32,541 nucleotides of DNA from Octopus bimaculoides (Eukaryota), in assembly GCF_001194135.2 (NCBI RefSeq), contig NC_068982.1, forward strand, positions 80,811,498 to 80,844,038, in the 5' to 3' direction. A program made the position numbers and the translations under genes. Positions 11,301 to 23,152 of this stretch are shown piece after piece. The notes beneath the pieces were generated by a model. The model searched no databases. It saw only the letters and a list, made by a program, of their open reading frames with translations, and was not told the origin of the DNA. How positions within the stretch are numbered: position 1 is the first letter of the stretch; the number at the start of each line of letters is the position of its first letter.

Positions 11301-12907
11301 AAACAACAACAACAGCAGCAGCAGCAGCCACAACAACAGCAACAACAACAACAACAACAACAACACGCGTATTTATAATAGGAAATAAAGAAAACACTAT
11401 AGCTTTCATCAATAACAAACGTCATTATCATTAGTTGTACATCGCTATAGAGCCATTTCCAAGGGAGGCTGGATTTGTTCTATATCGACGCCTGTAATAT
11501 ATTTTACTTGACCCCGAATAGTGATAGAGAGTGATGAATTCACCATCAATTATCCTTTCTTCCCCATTCCTGTTTAAACAACATCAGAAGTAATAAAAAT
11601 GTTACTAACACACAACTAGCATAAACTGTACCCAAAAGAACACCATCCAGCTGACTGTCAATGTGTCTCTCATTAACACACTACAAACACTAACTCACAA
11701 GTTGTGCTGTCCTCGTTACAACTTTTATGACCACTTTAGACCCATTTAAGGACTCGGTCTTTCATTCTATACTTGCTGTGTTTCGTCAAAATTTAACTTG
11801 GTCCATCTAAATTGTGAGATTTCTTCCACGACCAAGTTTATATTTTGTTCTGTAGAACTCAAAATTAAACATTCCTTCATCAATTATTTTGACTAATTCA
11901 TAAAAAAAAAGGATCTCAATAATGACAACAACAACTGCAAGCTAATATATGTCTCTCTCTAGTGAGTCCCTCGAGGCATGCACTTTTAAAACCTCTTTTA
12001 AGCCATCTCCTATTTGATGGCTTAACACAGAAACAATCAACGCAACTTTCGAAAAGCTACGACCATCCATCATAGATCTCACACACAGTTAAACGAATTG
12101 TTTTCCTCCTCAGCACACACAACTTCATAAAGAATGGCACAGCATACTTGGAAGTATTTTCATTATGGTGGCATTGATAGCAGTAACCCTAACACGAGGT
12201 GGCAGCGCATAGAGTAACAACAAAAATAAACAGTACATTATAATGTAAATATGATGTTAGTTGTCAATACACGGCAACAACGCAGGAAGGTGTGCACATC
12301 ACGTGGTTATAATTTTAAAAATAACACCTTGAAGCGTAACAAAAACAATCTTGACAGAAAGAGAAAAACTTCATTACCATACTACTGTGATACATAACAA
12401 AAAGAGCACAAGATCCTTTAGATTCCAAATCTTATCGGAGAAAGCAGCACCATTCAAATTCTAGAGTTGTCTTATATAAGTCGTATATCTAGTATAGAGA
12501 CAGTGGAAGCAACAAATTAGATACAACAGAACATTAGTAATAAAAAAACATTCTTGAGTAAAACGTCTTCTTTCTTCTCCTTCCTTCCTTCTCGGTGTTT
12601 CTCTTTAGATAGTTGTATTTAAACCAGTAACGACATTCTAATTAACATAACATAATATTCCAGAATATTTGAATAAACACTGTTTGTAATTTAATTAAAA
12701 TTCATTAATTATCTATCGCAATAATACAATCATACATTAATTGATGGTGGTCACAACTAAAGTATGAACTACATATGCAGTTTATGCTATTCTTCTTTTA
12801 AACTGAATGTATTGTTCCCAGAGATAGTTTTAGCCGATTAAATAAATAGATGCAGATCCGTCCCACTTGGATTTACTGTTATATAATAATGTAAATATAA
12901 TATTACC

Positions 12908-12908
<1 letters not shown>

Positions 12909-12948
<40 letters not shown>
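12909..12948. repeat. (TAA)n
   Basis: Direct inspection. Confidence 0.98.
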
Positions 12949-13316
12949 TTCGACAGTGTTCCCCACACGTGGATTCTGGAAACACTAGCCATAAACAAAG
13001 TGGCACCAATTATCATAAAATACATAGAGCACTCAATGAACAAATGGCAGACAGTGCTACAGCTCCAAACAAAAGAGGGACTTGTGAAAACGAAAGCCAT
13101 CCCCATTAGAAGAGGAATATTCCAGGGAGACACGCTCTCTCCACTCCTGTTCTGCCTGGCACTCACACCTTTAACAGAATTGCTAAATAGAACTGGATGC
13201 AAAACACTTTCAATACAGTAAACATAAGAGCACCACAGCAAACCACAGCACATACCCAAGGCGCACAGAGCTGCGCTCGGTAGTGAAGTGAAAGCACGTT
13301 ATAAAAATAAAACTAC
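12949..13316 (+). mobile_element. Dong-like R4-clade copy, 5'-truncated and internally deleted
   Basis: FDSVPHTWI...[33 protein letters not shown] is joined in frame to KTLSIQ*, followed by a UTR-like tail up to the gap. Starts immediately after (TAA)n at 12909-12948. Confidence 0.85.
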
Positions 13317-13576
13317 NNNNNNNNNNNNNNNNNNNNNNNNNNNNNNNNNNNNNNNNNNNNNNNNNNNNNNNNNNNNNNNNNNNNNNNNNNNNNNNNNNNN
13401 NNNNNNNNNNNNNNNNNNNNNNNNNNNNNNNNNNNNNNNNNNNNNNNNNNNNNNNNNNNNNNNNNNNNNNNNNNNNNNNNNNNNNNNNNNNNNNNNNNNN
13501 NNNNNNNNNNNNNNNNNNNNNNNNNNNNNNNNNNTACATAATACATACATACGTACATTGTGACCACCATCATTTA

Positions 13577-15405
13577 ATGCGTAAGTGCAGAGGTACCAAG
13601 GATCAACTCCTGATAGACAAAACTGTACTTAGAGACTGCAAGAGGAGGAAAGGTAACTTAGCCATGTCATGGATCGACTATCGTAAGGTGTACGATATGA
13701 TACCACATTCTTGGATTATGGAGTGTATGAACCTGTTTAGGATTGCATCGAATGTTGAGCGATTGCTTGGAAAAAGTATGGTGAATTGGAGAACGGACCT
13801 GACAGCATATGGGAGAAGTTTAGGAATAGTAGAAATCAGGAGGGGCATCTTCCAAGGGGACTGCCTGTCCCCACTGATCTTTCTATTGTGCTTGATACCA
13901 CTAACACTGATTCTGAAGAAAGTAAAAGTTGGGTGTGTATTCAAAATCCGCCAACAAAAAGTTAACTATTTGTTATTCATGGATGACCTCAAACTTTATG
14001 GTAAACATGAAGCCCAAGTCATTTCTCTCGTTGATACCAAAATGAAGTTCGGACTGAGAAAGTGTGGTGTGTTAGTCTTGAAGAGAGGCAAAATCAAATG
14101 TATGGACGGGCTAACGATACCGTCGGGGGAGGTTCTGAAGCAGATAGAAGAGACGGGCTATAATTACTTGGGGATTTTGGAAATGGATAGGTTGATGGAG
14201 AAAGAAATGACAGAAAGATTTAAGGTGGAGTACTTGCGCAGACTGAGACTGATCCTTAAGTTGAAATTAAACAGACGGAATAAGATTGAAGCTATCAACA
14301 CCTGCGCGGTTTCACTCCTTAGATATGGAGCAGGGGTAATCGCATGGACAGCAGACGAACTAAAGAGCTCAGTCAGAAAGACAAGGAAGTTGCTAACTAG
14401 ATATGTGACACTCCACCCAAAAAGTGACACAGACAGACTGTATGTACCAAGAAAAAGAGGGGGAAGAGGACTTAATGGATGCGAACACAGCATTAGAGCA
14501 GAAGAAAGCAACATAGCATGGTAGGTAAAAAAAAATGCCACGGAACCGCTATTATTAGAAGTATGAAGGTCAGGCTTGTGTAGGATGAAAGATTGTAAAG
14601 ATAAAGCAATGTACAAGGAATTGAAAACGAATGAAAGTGAAAATAGATGGGTAAAGAAAAGAATGCATGGACAATTTCATAGAGATGCTGAAGATAAGAC
14701 AGACAGAGAAAAAAGATGGCTGTGGATGACTAAAAGTGATTTAAAACCGGAAATGGAGGCGGTAATCTGTACTGCCCAAGAGCAAGCATTAAGAACGAAT
14801 TACATCAAATACAGAATAGACAACACATCAGAAACCGATAAGTGCAGAATTTGTGGACGAAATGGTGAAACCGTACGGCATATTTCCAGTTAATGTACGC
14901 CGCTAGCCCAGAAAGAATATGAGACGCCAAGACAATATAGCAAGGCTTGTCTACTGGACACTTTGCAACAAGTATGGACTTGACAGAGCAAAAAATTGGT
15001 AAGACCACAAACCCGAAAGAATCATCGAAAATAATAATGCAAAGATCCTATGGAATTTTATGATTCAGTACGACCATGAGATAGAGAATAGGAAGTCAAA
15101 CATAGTCGTAATTGAGAAAGAAAATAAACTATGCTGGATCATAGATATAGCATGCCCAGCTGACAACAAGGTATGCGATAAGGAAGAAAGAAAAGTCGAT
15201 AGATATGACAAGTTAGCTTCGGAGGTTAAGCAGTTGTTGTCGATGAAAAAGGTGGTGGTAGTACCAATAATTGTCGGAGCCCTAGGAACAGTGAGTAAAA
15301 ATCTTGAGAAGTACATGGAACAAATAGGGGCTGCAATAAGGGTGGAGCACTTGCAGAAAACAGCACTGCTTGGAACCACTGATCCCTGGATCATACTCAC
15401 CCGTT
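13577..15405 (+). mobile_element. R4/Dong-clade non-LTR retrotransposon, RT-CCHC-RLE, 5'-truncated pseudogenised copy
   Basis: The 315-aa ORF contains [60 protein letters not shown] and [13 protein letters not shown]. It is followed by CRIC-x8-H-x4-C (14843-14896) and an RLE region (IIDIACP, KEERKVDRY, VVPIIVGALG, LQKTALLGT). Stops at 14522 and 14891, plus frameshifts. Confidence 0.95.
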
Positions 15406-15406
15406 G

Positions 15407-15476
<70 letters not shown>

Positions 15477-15687
15477 ATACACACACACAAACACACACCC
15501 ACACTATATATATATATTGATACACACACGCAGAGGCACACAAACATATACTATCGTCGTCATCCGGTTAACAGTTTCACTATTTCACTAGCATGCACAT
15601 TTTCAAATAGCGACATATATAAATTTACACATGCCCGTGCGCAGGCACACGCACATACACACTCTCTTTCTCTTTCTCCCTCACACA

Positions 15688-15741
<54 letters not shown>

Positions 15742-15780
15742 CACACTCTCTCTCCCTCACACACACACATACATACCATC
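15406..15780. repeat. (TTTC)n/(TC)n and (CA)n tracts
   Basis: Direct inspection; directly follows the R4 3' end. Confidence 0.9.
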
Positions 15781-16435
15781 ACCACCGTAGAGCTAACTGT
15801 TCAACCTGTATACATTTATAAACACCGTCATTTACTAAATGAGTGTTCAGTGTTCGCCGCCTTTCCTTGCACGACATTTATAAAAGTAATACAAAAGGAG
15901 ACTCAGAAACAACAACTAATTTTTTTTCTAAATGACTACCCAAACCCTCCTCCCCCACGCCCACTGTACACACACATGTTAACAACTTAAATACATCAAA
16001 TACTTCTTCAAATACCACTTTTTAACTCTTTGGCACAGTAGTGGCCCACAATACTTCAACGTTCTTCCAGCCACCTGCACATAATCATTCCGACACACTC
16101 GCACATGTATAAACAAACAAAACCAACATCACAATTTTCATTGAGCAAAAAGGCTAAAATAAGTTTCGCAATCTTCGTCCCAAAATATTTTATCCATCTA
16201 CGAAAACAAAAAAGTACAATTGAGACTCGATTGAATTAACGAACCAGATAAAGACTTGAGGCGGCTTCAATTGTAGCAGCATCAAAGCCACACCACACCC
16301 AGAAAAAGTCTTCCCAGTATAAAAACAATCACGAAGAAAATTAAACCAAGGAAATTGGAAAACGACAAACATTTATATTGTAATATTGTACCGAAATCCC
16401 TCCAAAAGTGGAGAAAATAATCCCTTCTACAATAG

Positions 16436-16594
16436 GCGCAAGACCTGGATAGTCGATTCCGTCGACCCCACGCTCGAACGGATAAAACGTAAAGTCGTAC
16501 TCAGCGGAATTTCCGCTTTGAACGTAAAGACGGACGAAATGCTCCTAAGCGTTTCTATATTACGTGATAAGGATTCTGCCAGCTCGTTACCTTC
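16436..16594 (-). mobile_element. SINE family A copy (diverged)
   Basis: GTCGACCCC..GGATAAAACGTAAAGTC..GAACGTAAAGACGGACGAAATGC..GATTCTGCCAGCTCG. Confidence 0.75.
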
Positions 16595-17366
16595 AAGCAG
16601 AGAAAAAAAATTGTATAAACTAGATATCATCATCGACATTATGAATACATAATATAATATCATTAAAAACACCTTTAAGTAACACATCCACAATGCAACA
16701 GCGAGCAAGTTCACATCAGTTTCAAACCATTTTTCAGAATCAGACACCAACAATACAGAGAAAGCAGAAACACAAACCAAAGTATCAAAAATTCTATAGA
16801 AGACGAACCCAAATTAAAAGGCCTTAAGTCCCAACCAAATCTCAACATATAGCATCCTAGAATCACCAACTGTACTCCTGTTTACAAATCGTTATTAACA
16901 ACATAGAACAGTTTGTCTACTCAGATTAACAAGTCGATGTGAAATACAATAGCAAAAAAATCTAAGATCTCCGATTTTCCAAGCGATGAACTGTAAGAAT
17001 CCTTCCTTTCGATAATTCTTTTGGAAATAGCCATCTGTGTACTATACCTAACATATATACAACGTTGAAAGGCATAATGCTGCGGTCTTTGTATGAGATG
17101 CAATATTTTCAGTGACAAGTGTAAAAACATTATATATATATCGGAGGGAGGGGAACATCATCTCAGCAGAAGTCCATGAAGCGACAGACGCGTTCTCGCC
17201 TTCTTGGAACTTGTCGATGACGTGTTCCCGCTTAGACGAAATCTCTCCCCTCCGATATAAATATTGGAAGCAGCGAATGATACATTCACTGATCCCGCGG
17301 AAAGCTGCCGGGTTCAATAAAAACTCGATGTACGCTATACGGTATTGCACTGAAAGAGCCATTTGT

Positions 17367-17420
17367 GTCTCATACTTAACGTCTATACACCCAATGGTGT
17401 ATAGACGTTAAGTATGAGAC
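17367..17420. repeat. Perfect inverted repeat (25-bp stem, 4-nt loop)
   Basis: GTCTCATACTTAACGTCTATACACC-CAAT-GGTGTATAGACGTTAAGTATGAGAC. Confidence 0.95.
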
Positions 17421-18384
17421 GTGGCCCCGGGATTGATTCACGGGAATGTCAGACCTCACAACACGCAAAGGCAGCAGCCACAGGTTACATTTACAGATTC
17501 ATCCAAGAGCCACACCCACAGACTGTCCCGAAGGGACACATCTACTACAAGATAATCGAAAATGCTCGAAATGAAGACGGGGAAAAATCTCCACGACACA
17601 TCACCCCACCCCACTGCATGTTTACATTCTATTTTTAATGAATTTTAATTGTGTCACCGTTGACTATCGAGACCATACACATGTTGATTCTTTCTTTTCA
17701 CCACAGGTGTATTTTTAATTAATTAAAATTCTCGATTAATTGTATTAATTATGTTAGTGCCAGTCTTCTCACTTAAAATGCACAGACATTTGGGGATGTG
17801 AGGGGTTGCTGCTAGTTGCTATGGTAATCTACAGTAAACACTCTCAAGCACTGTAGAAATATCTCCCCCTACATTCGCTCACAGACACATCGTCAATATT
17901 ATCCAATTTACACCATCCGCACACATACACACAGTCACAATCCCACACAAACAATGCCATCTCTTTATAATCCCACCCACCACCCACCACCCCAGTCCAC
18001 TCAACCACAGAAATATCAAAAGCTTTATTCAGACATCGTCTGAAGACGGTCACTAGCAGAGATGCATGAAGAGGAAACCCAACTGTTACATTCAGACCAA
18101 TTCCAGCCGATCCCACTCTGTGTGGCCATCACCACCGAAATAAACCAACAAGCCAGACAGTTCAAAGACAGAGTCTCTATCTGATCATTCGATCTATAAG
18201 AAATAGCACATCAAACAGACCATCGTATAATAGAAAGGAAGAATACGTTAGATAATGAAGTAAAACAAATTTCTAAATATGGAGTAGTTGAGGTTAGAAC
18301 ACTTTGGACTCTATGCATCCTCATTTAGGATTATCCCAGAGGTATTGACACAAATATAGCAGTATGAACAAGAAGGGTAGTATA

Positions 18385-18739
18385 GGTATGTATGTATGTA
18401 TGTATGTATGTATGTATGTATGTATGCTTTTTCTTTGAGCTTATTTAAGTTCTTGCAAGAGTTCAAGCCGGTTGCTAAACAAAGTGGCAAGGTGTTTTGA
18501 GTTAAGAGAGTTCCCAGTGTTTGTAAATATGTGTTTGAGTTGGTGTGTTGGTTGAACTGTTCATGCATACACCCAAGCGTGTGCATCTATTTACATAAGA
18601 ATTTTGGAATGTTACACAAATCTTCACCGTGCCGCTAATTGTTTGGATTTTGAAAATCTGTGTCAGTTTCTATTACTCTTTTTCCGTGAAACCGAGTATT
18701 TCTAGGTTTTTGTGAAAATTTGTTGGTTATATATATATG

Positions 18740-18793
<54 letters not shown>

Positions 18794-18826
18794 CGTGTGT
18801 GTGTGTGTAGGTATACGTATGTATAT

Positions 18827-18874
<48 letters not shown>

Positions 18875-19088
18875 NNNNNNNNNNNNNNNNNNNNNNNNNN
18901 NNNNNNNNNNNNNNNNNNNNNNNNNNNNNNNNNNNNNNNNNNNNNNNNNNNNNNNNNNNNNNNNNNNNNNNNNNNNNNNNNNNNNNNNNNNNNNNNNNNN
19001 NNNNNNNNNNNNNNNNNNNNNNNNNNNNNNNNNNNNNNNNNNNNNNNNNNNNNNNNNNNNNNNNNNNNNNNNNNNNNNNNNNNNNNNN

Positions 19089-19145
<57 letters not shown>

Positions 19146-19155
19146 TAAAGAGAGA
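18385..19155. repeat. (TATG)n, (TG)n, (TA)n and (GA)n tracts around an N gap
   Basis: Direct inspection. Confidence 0.9.
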
Positions 19156-19164
19156 GATAGAGAT

Positions 19165-19310
19165 TTCCCCAGATCCCCACCACACTGTATCATAACACCA
19201 TGGAATATGTGTGTTGAGGTAAGCAGTCTGGTCGTGAAACGTAGACGGAAACATGGCATCATCGATGGAAACGCGAATAATCCTCCGGTCTTTTTACTGA
19301 CTACCGACAT
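19165..19310 (-). mobile_element. Possible mariner transposase remnant
   Basis: Minus strand QTAYLNTH...VM..VWWG.GEI resembles the mariner TAKPNLH..KVML.VWWD..GII segment, with a frameshift. The match is short and no TIR was seen. Confidence 0.25.
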
Positions 19311-19499
19311 ATTATAAGTCTTCTTGATCAGTGCTGGCTTTCATCTACACAACAACAGCAACTACTACAGCAATATTTATACAAAAAAACGAAAAGAAAT
19401 AAAAGTGATTTTGTTTTTCATAGATTTGTAGAAAGGCCAACTTTCAATTAAATTATGGAATGATGATTGTAATGGCGGCAGTATATGAATCGGATGTGG

Positions 19500-19600
19500 A
19501 ACGAAAGGTTAAATATATTCTGGAAATATTTGAACTGAGAAAGCAAGGACGCTAAAGTAAACTTATGCTATGAATGCCATGTAATACTTCTCCAGCCTTT
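19500..19600 (-). mobile_element. SINE family A remnant
   Basis: GAAAGGTTAAA..ATTTGAACTGAGAAAG resembles the reverse complement of the core and B-box. Confidence 0.35.
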
Positions 19601-19867
19601 CCGCTACTTCAACGTCTAAACACTAACAATGATAAGGAGGTAATGAAAAAGTTTAGGGAGAGCTGAACCGCAGAAGGTCTTCATAGAAGAAACCACCGCT
19701 CTTTTATACAAGTGTTTCAGCCCTCAACTCCTTACGCTCTTAGGGGTCATGAATCTTGGATGTATTTCTGGATCTACATTCTGCGATACAGCCTATACAT
19801 TCCTGAATGGTCTAGGTGCCGCAGAGTCAGCAACAACAACAATACTTTAAGGGAACCTGTATGATGT

Positions 19868-20045
19868 ATCTTGACCTGCTAGAAACAGTAGCCAAATTTC
19901 CCTTAAATGACATTTCGTCGTCTTCAAAATTGGAAGGACATATTGCACAATGCAGTCCAGGACGGATGTAAACAGATAGACGGGTTAGTCATGAGTAGAA
20001 TGTCTTTGATTAGAGATCTGCTCAAGCTAGAATTAGATAACAACA
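19868..20045 (+). repeat. Interspersed repeat family C copy
   Basis: TTGACCTGCTAGAAACAGTAGCCAAATTT..GGAAGGACATATTG..GACGGGTTAGTCATG..TCTTTGATTAGAGATCTGCTC, with a (CAA)n tail. Confidence 0.6.
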
Positions 20046-20320
20046 ACAACAACAGCAAGAAACTACTTCTACAGCTGCAATTATGATTACTACTACTACA
20101 ACTACCATCATCACCACCACCACCATCACCACCACCATCACCACCACCATCATGACCATCACCAGCACCACTGCCGCCGCTACCAGCATCACTCCATCAC
20201 CACCACCACCATCACCACTACCGCCGCCACCACCACCACTACCACTACTACAACTACTGTAATTTATAGAGTAACAACAACAAAAGCCACAATCATTACA
20301 GCAACATCATCATCAGCAGC
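20040..20320. repeat. Compound (CAA)/(CTA)/(CAC) tract
   Basis: Direct inspection. Confidence 0.9.
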
Positions 20321-20902
20321 TGCCTGGTCTATTTATTTGTGTTATTCCACGGCCTGGGGATCTACCATTAATATAACAAAGAGAAGACAGACGAAAACAT
20401 CGAGAAAGCCAATCCTTAGTTCGTCACATGACTATCAGAGGAGATTCTGTTCGTCGTCCATTGTTGCTATGACAGCAGGAACATGAGAGAGTTAGTCTCA
20501 AAGATTGTGTTCCTGTGCAAAGCTGAAATATTTTCCATAGAAAATACTCCGACTGTGAAATGAATGAGAAAAATCCATTTTGGAGTAAAGAGGGAATCCT
20601 ATAAAACAAAGAAACTAAATTAAAAAGAAAACCAGAAAAAGAAATATAAACAAGGATAAGATTAATAATAAGAACAACAACAATAGAGATAGCGACAACA
20701 ATAGAGATGGTGGAAGAATAAATGTATATGTGATGAAATTTGTAAACAGGTTGTTTGTTTGTTAGAAGCTTGGGATTTGATGGATGTTTCAGCTTAGCAA
20801 ATCTAGATTGGCGAATGAATAAATTGAAACTGGGCAGGATTTGAACTTGGATAGTTAAAGGCGGGAAGTAAATAGTGAAGGTACTTACCTCGACTATGTG
20901 AT

Positions 20903-21250
20903 GGCGCATGGCTCAGTAGTTAGAGCGTCGGTCTCACAAGCATAAGGTAGTGAGTTCGATTCCCGGACCAGGCTGTGTGTTGTGTTCTTGAGCAAGACAC
21001 TTTATTTCGCGTTGCTCCAGTTCATTCAGCTGTAGAAATGTACTATGACATCACTGGTGCCAAGCTGTTTTGGCCTTTGCCTTTCCCTTGGATAACATCG
21101 GCGCTGTGGAGAGGTCAGGCTGGTTGTATGCATGGGCGACTGCCGGTCTGCCATAAACAACCTTGCCCGGCCTTGTGCCTCGAAGGGTAACTTTCTAGGT
21201 GCAATCCCATGGCCAGACTGAAGGGGGCCTTTACCCTTTTACCCTTTTAC
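20903..21250 (+). mobile_element. tRNA-derived SINE family B
   Basis: A-box TGGCTCAGTAGTTAG, B-box GAGTTCGATTCC, then TTGAGCAAGACACTT (CORE/V-like central motif), a GC-richer body and a short TTTTACCC repeat tail. Confidence 0.8.
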
Positions 21251-21321
21251 TTAGCTTGCCTATGTCACCGTTTCTACCGTTTCGCCAACTTCAAACTGCA
21301 GAAGCTACAATAACAAAAATA

Positions 21322-21542
21322 TTGGTTTCAAATTTTGGCACAAGGCCAGCAAGTTCGGAGGGAGGGGTTAGTCGATCACATTGACCCCCTCCCCTTAGTA
21401 CTGAACTAGTACTTATTTTATCGACCCCGAAAGGATGAAAGGTAAAGTCTCAGCAGAATTTGAACTCAAAACGTAAAAACGGACGAAATGCTACTAAGCA
21501 TTTTCTCCGGCGTGCTAACGATTTTGCCTGCTCGCCGCCTTA
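21322..21542 (-). mobile_element. SINE family A copy
   Basis: The plus strand reads GTACTTATTTTATCGACCCCGAAAGGATGAAAGG..GAATTTGAACTC..GCTAACGATTTTGCCTGCTCGCCGCCTT, the reverse complement of family A. Confidence 0.85.
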
Positions 21543-21544
21543 CA

Positions 21545-22672
21545 CAATAACAATAATATAATCTGCATCAACAACAACAATGGCAGTAACATAAACGGGG
21601 AAAGGAAAGTGACAACAACAACAGCAACCACAACAGAAGCAGCAGCAACAACTATAAAACCATTACAAGACCAGTGATAACAACAATAACAACGGTGTAC
21701 AACCATGAAAAGGTCGACAATAACAACAGCATCAACGATAAAAACTGTGACAAGGGCGATAGTAAAAATAGAAGTATCAGTAACAATAATGATAAAAAAA
21801 AATGAATGACAATAACAACAACAAGACGACAAAAACAAGGGTAACAGCAACAATACTAACAATAATAATTTGTTAACGATAGCATTCATAAGAGCGAAGA
21901 ATAAGAAGGACAAGCATAGCCACAACAACAATAACAACAACAACAACAACAACAACAATAATGGCACTAATAACGACAGCAGTAATGTCAACAACAACAT
22001 TAACAACAATAATGATGACAACAACGACAATAACAACAACATTAACGGCACTCATAACGACAGCAGTAATGTCAACAATGGCAACCGTTGCGAGAGCAAC
22101 ATCAACAACAACAAAGACAAAAACAACAGCGATGCGGTAAGGGCAGCAGTAACGGTAACATTCATATGAAGAACATGGGCGACGAGGAGGACAGCAATGA
22201 AAGCAAAACATTAGCCAAAACAACCACAACAACAACAACAACAACAGCAGCGCAAGAAACAATGATATTAATGAGGACAGGAGCAGCACCGGCAGCAATA
22301 AAAATGCCAACAACAACAACAAAACAAGACACACAAAAAAAGAAAAAAGACAAGAGTAAAAATAAATGTTTATACCAAACAACATTGAAAACGCAAACAG
22401 CAGCAACATCAACAACAACAACAACAACAAAACAACAACAGTTGTTGAAATCTAATCACACATAACAATGAAAATAACAACAACAACAACAACAGTGATA
22501 TTCACAATAACAACAACATTGACAACAAGAGAGATTTTGTTTTTGTTTTTGTCGAAACTAAATCTAATCAGAAACAACCGAAACAAGCGGAGGGAAAAAA
22601 AAGACAGAACAGAACCACAATAACAAGAGCAATATTAAAACTTGTAAATAACGTTAAGAATATATGAGCAGT

Positions 22673-22725
<53 letters not shown>

Positions 22726-23097
22726 AGGCTATAACTGCTACTACTACCACCACCACCACCACCACTGGTGATGATGACGATGATGATGATGTAGCTGCTG
22801 CTGCTACTACTACTACTACTACTACTACTACTAAAACAACCACTACCACGGCTACAACTGCTACTAGTACCACCACCACTGGTGATGATGACGATGATGA
22901 TGATGTAGCTGCTGCTGTTACTACTACTACTACTACTACTATCACTGCTGCTGCTGCTACTATTACTACTACTGATAATGGTGGTGATGATGATGATGAT
23001 ACTATTACTACTCCTGCGTCTTCTTCTTCTTCTTCTTCTTCTTCTTCTTCTTTTTCTTTTTCTTCTTCTTCTTCTTCTTATTATTATTATTATTATT

Positions 23098-23152
<55 letters not shown>

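Noticed and set aside
16926-16993. AG...GTAAGA-bounded exon candidate
   Set aside because: All three frames contain stops; at most a non-coding exon.
17420-17640. Tc1-like MQWGG...RG on the minus strand or GIY-YIG-like peptides on the plus strand
   Set aside because: Each is a single short motif with no collinear support.
18035-18145. Hammerhead ribozyme core (CTGAAGACGGT ... ACCGAAA); also CTGATGA at about 3447 and 28059
   Set aside because: I could not build stems I and III with a cleavage triplet; an Infernal search would settle it.
20903-20975. tRNA-like sequence with A and B boxes
   Set aside because: It has no proper cloverleaf 3' half and continues into a SINE body, so it is a SINE head rather than a tRNA gene. 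The same applies to the family A heads.
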